From the NCBI GenBank assembly GCA_018059165.1, contig JAGOYM010000002.1:1-40496 (forward strand): a DNA stretch of 40,496 bases, read 5' to 3'. The notes beneath the pieces were generated by a model. It saw only the letters and a program-made list of their open reading frames with translations. It searched no databases and was not told where the DNA came from. Position 1 is the first letter of the stretch; the number at the start of each line of letters is the position of its first letter. The stretch comes from Leptotrichiaceae bacterium. Lineage in GTDB: Bacteria; Fusobacteriota; Fusobacteriia; Fusobacteriales; Leptotrichiaceae. Positions 37,514 through 40,496 of the stretch are shown piece by piece. A program made the translations under genes and the position numbers.

Positions 37514-38731
37514 TTATTTCAAATATGGCCCTTCCATTAATTTTGATGTAATTCCTTTAGGATTTTCTAATAGTGAACTATAACTGAAAAATATGCTCCC
37601 CTTTACTTCTGGAAATATTCGATTAAATTCTACTTGAGAAACCAATTCATTATCATCTTGCCATTCTTTTACTTTATATGCTGCTTGTCCAATATATAAA
37701 TCTGTTTTTGTTTTCTTTGCTTCATCACTCCACCATTCAACTAATGTATCATAATCTGCAAGGCTGAATCCTTGATTCCAATATATTTGTGGTGCAACGT
37801 AATCTACCCAACCTTCGTCCATCCAATGAACTATATCCGCATACAAATCATCATAATTTTGGACTCCTGCTTTTGTTGCAGAACCATTAACTGGATCAGT
37901 GCTTTTATTTCTCCATACTCCAAATGGGCTTATTCCAAATTGTACATTTGGTTTTGCTTTCTTTATTTCAGTAGATAATTTTTCTATAAGTCTATTAACA
38001 TTATCACGTCTCCAATCTCCAACATTATAGAACTTTTTCCCATACTGCGAATATGTTGACTGATCTGGATATTCTTGATCTTTAACTTTATATGGATAGA
38101 AATAGTCATCCATATGTACTCCATCAATGTCATAATTATTAACTACTTCCATAATTTCATCAACTACATAGTCATCAACACCTGGTTCACCCGGATTCAA
38201 ATATAATTTACCTCCATATTTAATCATCCACTTAGGTTTTGAAAATGCTATATTATCTTTTGATAACTTTGTCGTATCTGTTGTTATCCCTACTCTATAT
38301 GGATTAAACCACGCATGGAATTCAATTCCTCTTTTATGTGCTTCATCAACCATAAATTTAAGTGGATCATATCCAGGATCTTTACCTTGTGTTCCTGTCA
38401 AGTAAGCCGACCAAGGCGCATATTTAGAAGGATAAAATGAATCTGCAGCTGGTTTTATTTGAACTACAACAGCATTCATATTCCATTTTTTTACATTTTC
38501 TAATATTTCTATAAATTCTTGTTTTTGTTCTGATATACTAAGCCCTTTTTCTGATGGCCAGTCAATATTTCCAACACTTGCAACCCATACTGCACGAAAT
38601 TCTTTTCTTTCAATACTATTAACACTATTAACAACTTCTACTTTCTTATTTTCTTTCTTATTTTCTTTAGCTTCTATAAAACTTGTAAAAATCATTGTAA
38701 ATAGTATTACTAGAACTAATTTCAACTTCAT
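37514..38731 (-). CDS. Secreted glycoside-hydrolase-like family 10 (GHL10/DUF187, YngK-like) protein
   Basis: 405 aa with a signal peptide. FRAVWVASVGNIDWPS and HAWFNPYR are characteristic of DUF187. Confidence 0.75.
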   Translation of the reverse strand: MKLKLVLVILFTMIFTSFIEAKENKKENKKVEVVNSVNSIERKEFRAVWVASVGNIDWPSEKGLSISEQKQEFIEILENVKKWNMNAVVVQIKPAADSFYPSKYAPWSAYLTGTQGKDPGYDPLKFMVDEAHKRGIEFHAWFNPYRVGITTDTTKLSKDNIAFSKPKWMIKYGGKLYLNPGEPGVDDYVVDEIMEVVNNYDIDGVHMDDYFYPYKVKDQEYPDQSTYSQYGKKFYNVGDWRRDNVNRLIEKLSTEIKKAKPNVQFGISPFGVWRNKSTDPVNGSATKAGVQNYDDLYADIVHWMDEGWVDYVAPQIYWNQGFSLADYDTLVEWWSDEAKKTKTDLYIGQAAYKVKEWQDDNELVSQVEFNRIFPEVKGSIFFSYSSLLENPKGITSKLMEGPYLK

Positions 38732-38749
38732 ATTTCACCTCTAATACTC

Positions 38750-39406
38750 TTATATTTTATTTTTTATAATTCCTATTCCATCACCGAATGGAAGTAGTAC
38801 AAAATTCTTATTTTCATTTAACTCTTCAATAAACACTTTTAACCTAGTAACTATTGTTTTATATCTCTTTGGAATATCTTCGCTTTCAAGTGTAACCATC
38901 CCACGAAATAATAGATTATCAATAAACATTATACCATTTTCTGACAAAATAGGAAATAACAATTTAAAAAAGTTCCTATACTGACCTTTTGCTGCATCCA
39001 TAAATATAAAATCATATTTTTTGTTAAGATCATATAATTTTGGTATCTCTTCTAATGCATCACCTAATATAAGACTATTTTTACTATTAAGTAAGTCCAT
39101 TTCTTTAAAATTATTAACTGCTTCCGAATATCTGTTTTCATCAATTTCTATCGACGTGAAGTTCCCTTTGTTTTCTGCTGCTACTTGTGCCAAAAAAATA
39201 CCTGAATACCCTGTTGCTGTACCAATTTCTAATATATTAGAAGATTTCTCACTTCTAGCTATGAATAACATATATTTTAGAACATCTCTCGTTATTATAG
39301 GTACTTTATTCAATATTGCTTCATTTTCTATAGCTAATATTCGCTCATCCTCTATTTCAAACAAGTTTTGTGCAAATTTTGTTGCTAATTCAAAATTTTC
39401 TATCAT
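38750..39406 (-). CDS. Class I SAM-dependent O-methyltransferase (family 3, YrrM/TrmR-like)
   Basis: It has SAM motif I ILEIGTATGYSG and FMDAAK. The start is set to ATG 39406 (MIENFELATKF), 10 nt after GAGGTG. Confidence 0.8.
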   Translation of the reverse strand: MIENFELATKFAQNLFEIEDERILAIENEAILNKVPIITRDVLKYMLFIARSEKSSNILEIGTATGYSGIFLAQVAAENKGNFTSIEIDENRYSEAVNNFKEMDLLNSKNSLILGDALEEIPKLYDLNKKYDFIFMDAAKGQYRNFFKLLFPILSENGIMFIDNLLFRGMVTLESEDIPKRYKTIVTRLKVFIEELNENKNFVLLPFGDGIGIIKNKI

Positions 39407-39459
39407 TAGTTTATAACACCTCACTCTTTTATACATCTTTTTATTATCTTATTATTTTA

Positions 39460-40470
39460 TTATAAGTTCTCGCCTAGTCTAAATATTGGTAGCATGACAG
39501 ACAGAACTATTACACCTATTATCATCGCTATGAATATTATTGATATCGGCTCTAATAATTTCAAAAACAGTCGTACATTTCCACTAACTCTTTCGTAATA
39601 AATATTCTTTAATTGCTCGAAACAGTATGGTAAGTTACCTGTCTTTTCTGCTATTCTTAAATAACTTCTATATTCTATATCAAATATTTCAGATTCCTTG
39701 AATGCTTTCTCTATACTATTTCCTTTTTCTATTTTTGAAATGATTTTATTGATTTCTTCTTTTATATAATTATTTCTTGTTTTACACACTATTTTCAAAG
39801 ATTTTATAAAATCTACATTTGAAATTGTAAGTGTGTATAGCTCTTGCGAAAACTTTAATAAAAATATTTTTTTGTTAATTTTACCAAATATCGGTAGTTT
39901 GAAAATATATTTATCAAAATTGATAACCTTTTTCTTTTTCATTATATAAAAAGATGAAACTATTATTATCAATATAACCCCAATATGGATAGAATATTTA
40001 TCTGTAATCTCACTCATTTTAATAGTCATTCTTGTTAATTTTGGAAGTTCTTGGTTCATGTCTTTATACACTTCCACAAATTTTGGAACTACTACTTTTA
40101 ATAATATAAATACTATTATTATTGATGTTACTATAACTGTAACAGGATAAATAGTAAGGCTTATAACTTCTTTTCGTACATTTGCCTCAAACTCATATTT
40201 TTCATAAAGAGTCTTAAATATTAGTGGCAATTCTCCTGTTTCTTCACCTATTTTGATTAAATTTAGAAAATCTTCATCAGTGCTGATCAGTGAAAATGAT
40301 TTTTCAAGTTTCTCACCTTTTTTTACAGCGCTTTTTACTCTCTTTATCCTTTTTAAAAATTCTTTATTGAAACTGTATTCAATGATTTCCAGTGCTTCTA
40401 TCAAATTAATATTTGCATATAATAAATGATAGAGATTTCTTACGAATTCTCTAATTTCTTTTTTTGCCAT
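39460..40470 (-). CDS. Type II secretion system F-family protein (ComGB/PilC-like platform protein)
   Basis: 336 aa with two T2SSF-like repeats (LIEALEIIE...GEETGELP and IEKAFKESE...AEKTGNLP) and three TM segments. The same frame has no stop upstream to the window edge, but ATG 40470 lies 5 nt after a G-run SD. Confidence 0.8.
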   Translation of the reverse strand: MAKKEIREFVRNLYHLLYANINLIEALEIIEYSFNKEFLKRIKRVKSAVKKGEKLEKSFSLISTDEDFLNLIKIGEETGELPLIFKTLYEKYEFEANVRKEVISLTIYPVTVIVTSIIIVFILLKVVVPKFVEVYKDMNQELPKLTRMTIKMSEITDKYSIHIGVILIIIVSSFYIMKKKKVINFDKYIFKLPIFGKINKKIFLLKFSQELYTLTISNVDFIKSLKIVCKTRNNYIKEEINKIISKIEKGNSIEKAFKESEIFDIEYRSYLRIAEKTGNLPYCFEQLKNIYYERVSGNVRLFLKLLEPISIIFIAMIIGVIVLSVMLPIFRLGENL

Positions 40471-40475
40471 TTCGT

Positions 40476-40482
40476 CCCCCCC
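40476..40482 (-). repeat. G7 homopolymer (C7 on the plus strand) forming the SD region of the T2SS-F gene
   Basis: Read directly: gtCCCCCCCag at 40476-40482. Confidence 0.9.
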
Positions 40483-40496
40483 AGTTTGAAATACAA

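Noticed and set aside
337-39416. Many 60-130 aa ORFs in the track lying antisense to the large genes (for example 337-564, 5656-5847, 7728-8105, 17897-18190, 25287-25595, 28431-28673, 39021-39416)
   Set aside because: They are Leu/Phe/Ile/Ser-rich, low-complexity translations typical of the antisense strand of AT-rich genes. They lack SDs and are fully embedded in confidently identified genes.
1-40496. A mobile element, prophage, CRISPR or classical defence island
   Set aside because: I found no integrase, transposase or recombinase ORF. I also found no tRNA, no array of spaced direct repeats, and no long inverted or direct repeats flanking any block. The hypothetical genes share the SD style and strand of their neighbours.

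Overview
This is a 40.5 kb stretch of a visibly AT-rich bacterial chromosome; I did not compute GC. Codon usage, strong GGAGG-type ribosome binding sites (SD) and the protein sequences look like a Fusobacteria- or Firmicutes-type low-GC organism, but I cannot assign a taxon without a search. About 35 genes are present and nearly all are on the minus strand. I saw no rRNA, tRNA, CRISPR array, transposase or integrase.

Gene order by coordinate, minus strand unless marked (+):
- tartrate/D-malate dehydrogenase, a VOC-family protein, secG, tpiA
- a large galactose/lactose block: Cof-type HAD hydrolase, lacZ, galT, galE, galM, galK, mglC, mglA, mglB, ROK regulator
- polA
- psuK-psuG (+), pseudouridine catabolism
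- an unrecognised string: a 159-169 aa acidic protein, a 232 aa protein, small membrane ORFs, an orphan family-5 solute-binding protein, a 2-TM Lys/Glu-rich protein, then metK
- a clear SAM-I (S-box) riboswitch with terminator upstream of metK
- amt (+)
- a TPR-DUF218 protein, a MATE exporter, dCMP deaminase, xseA, an ArsC/Spx-family protein, uvrB
- a TauE/SafE-family (TSUP) membrane protein (+)
- a GNAT acetyltransferase, a GHL10 (DUF187) hydrolase-like protein, an O-methyltransferase and a ComGB/PilC-like type II secretion F-family protein

Most of the window is ordinary housekeeping and sugar metabolism. The best candidate for something undescribed is the tightly packed run of unrecognisable genes at 21965-26035. 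It sits directly downstream of metK with no visible terminator, so it may be transcribed under the S-box riboswitch.

All product calls rest on motifs I recognise by eye, not on database searches. Several start codons from the ORF track were revised using SD spacing.
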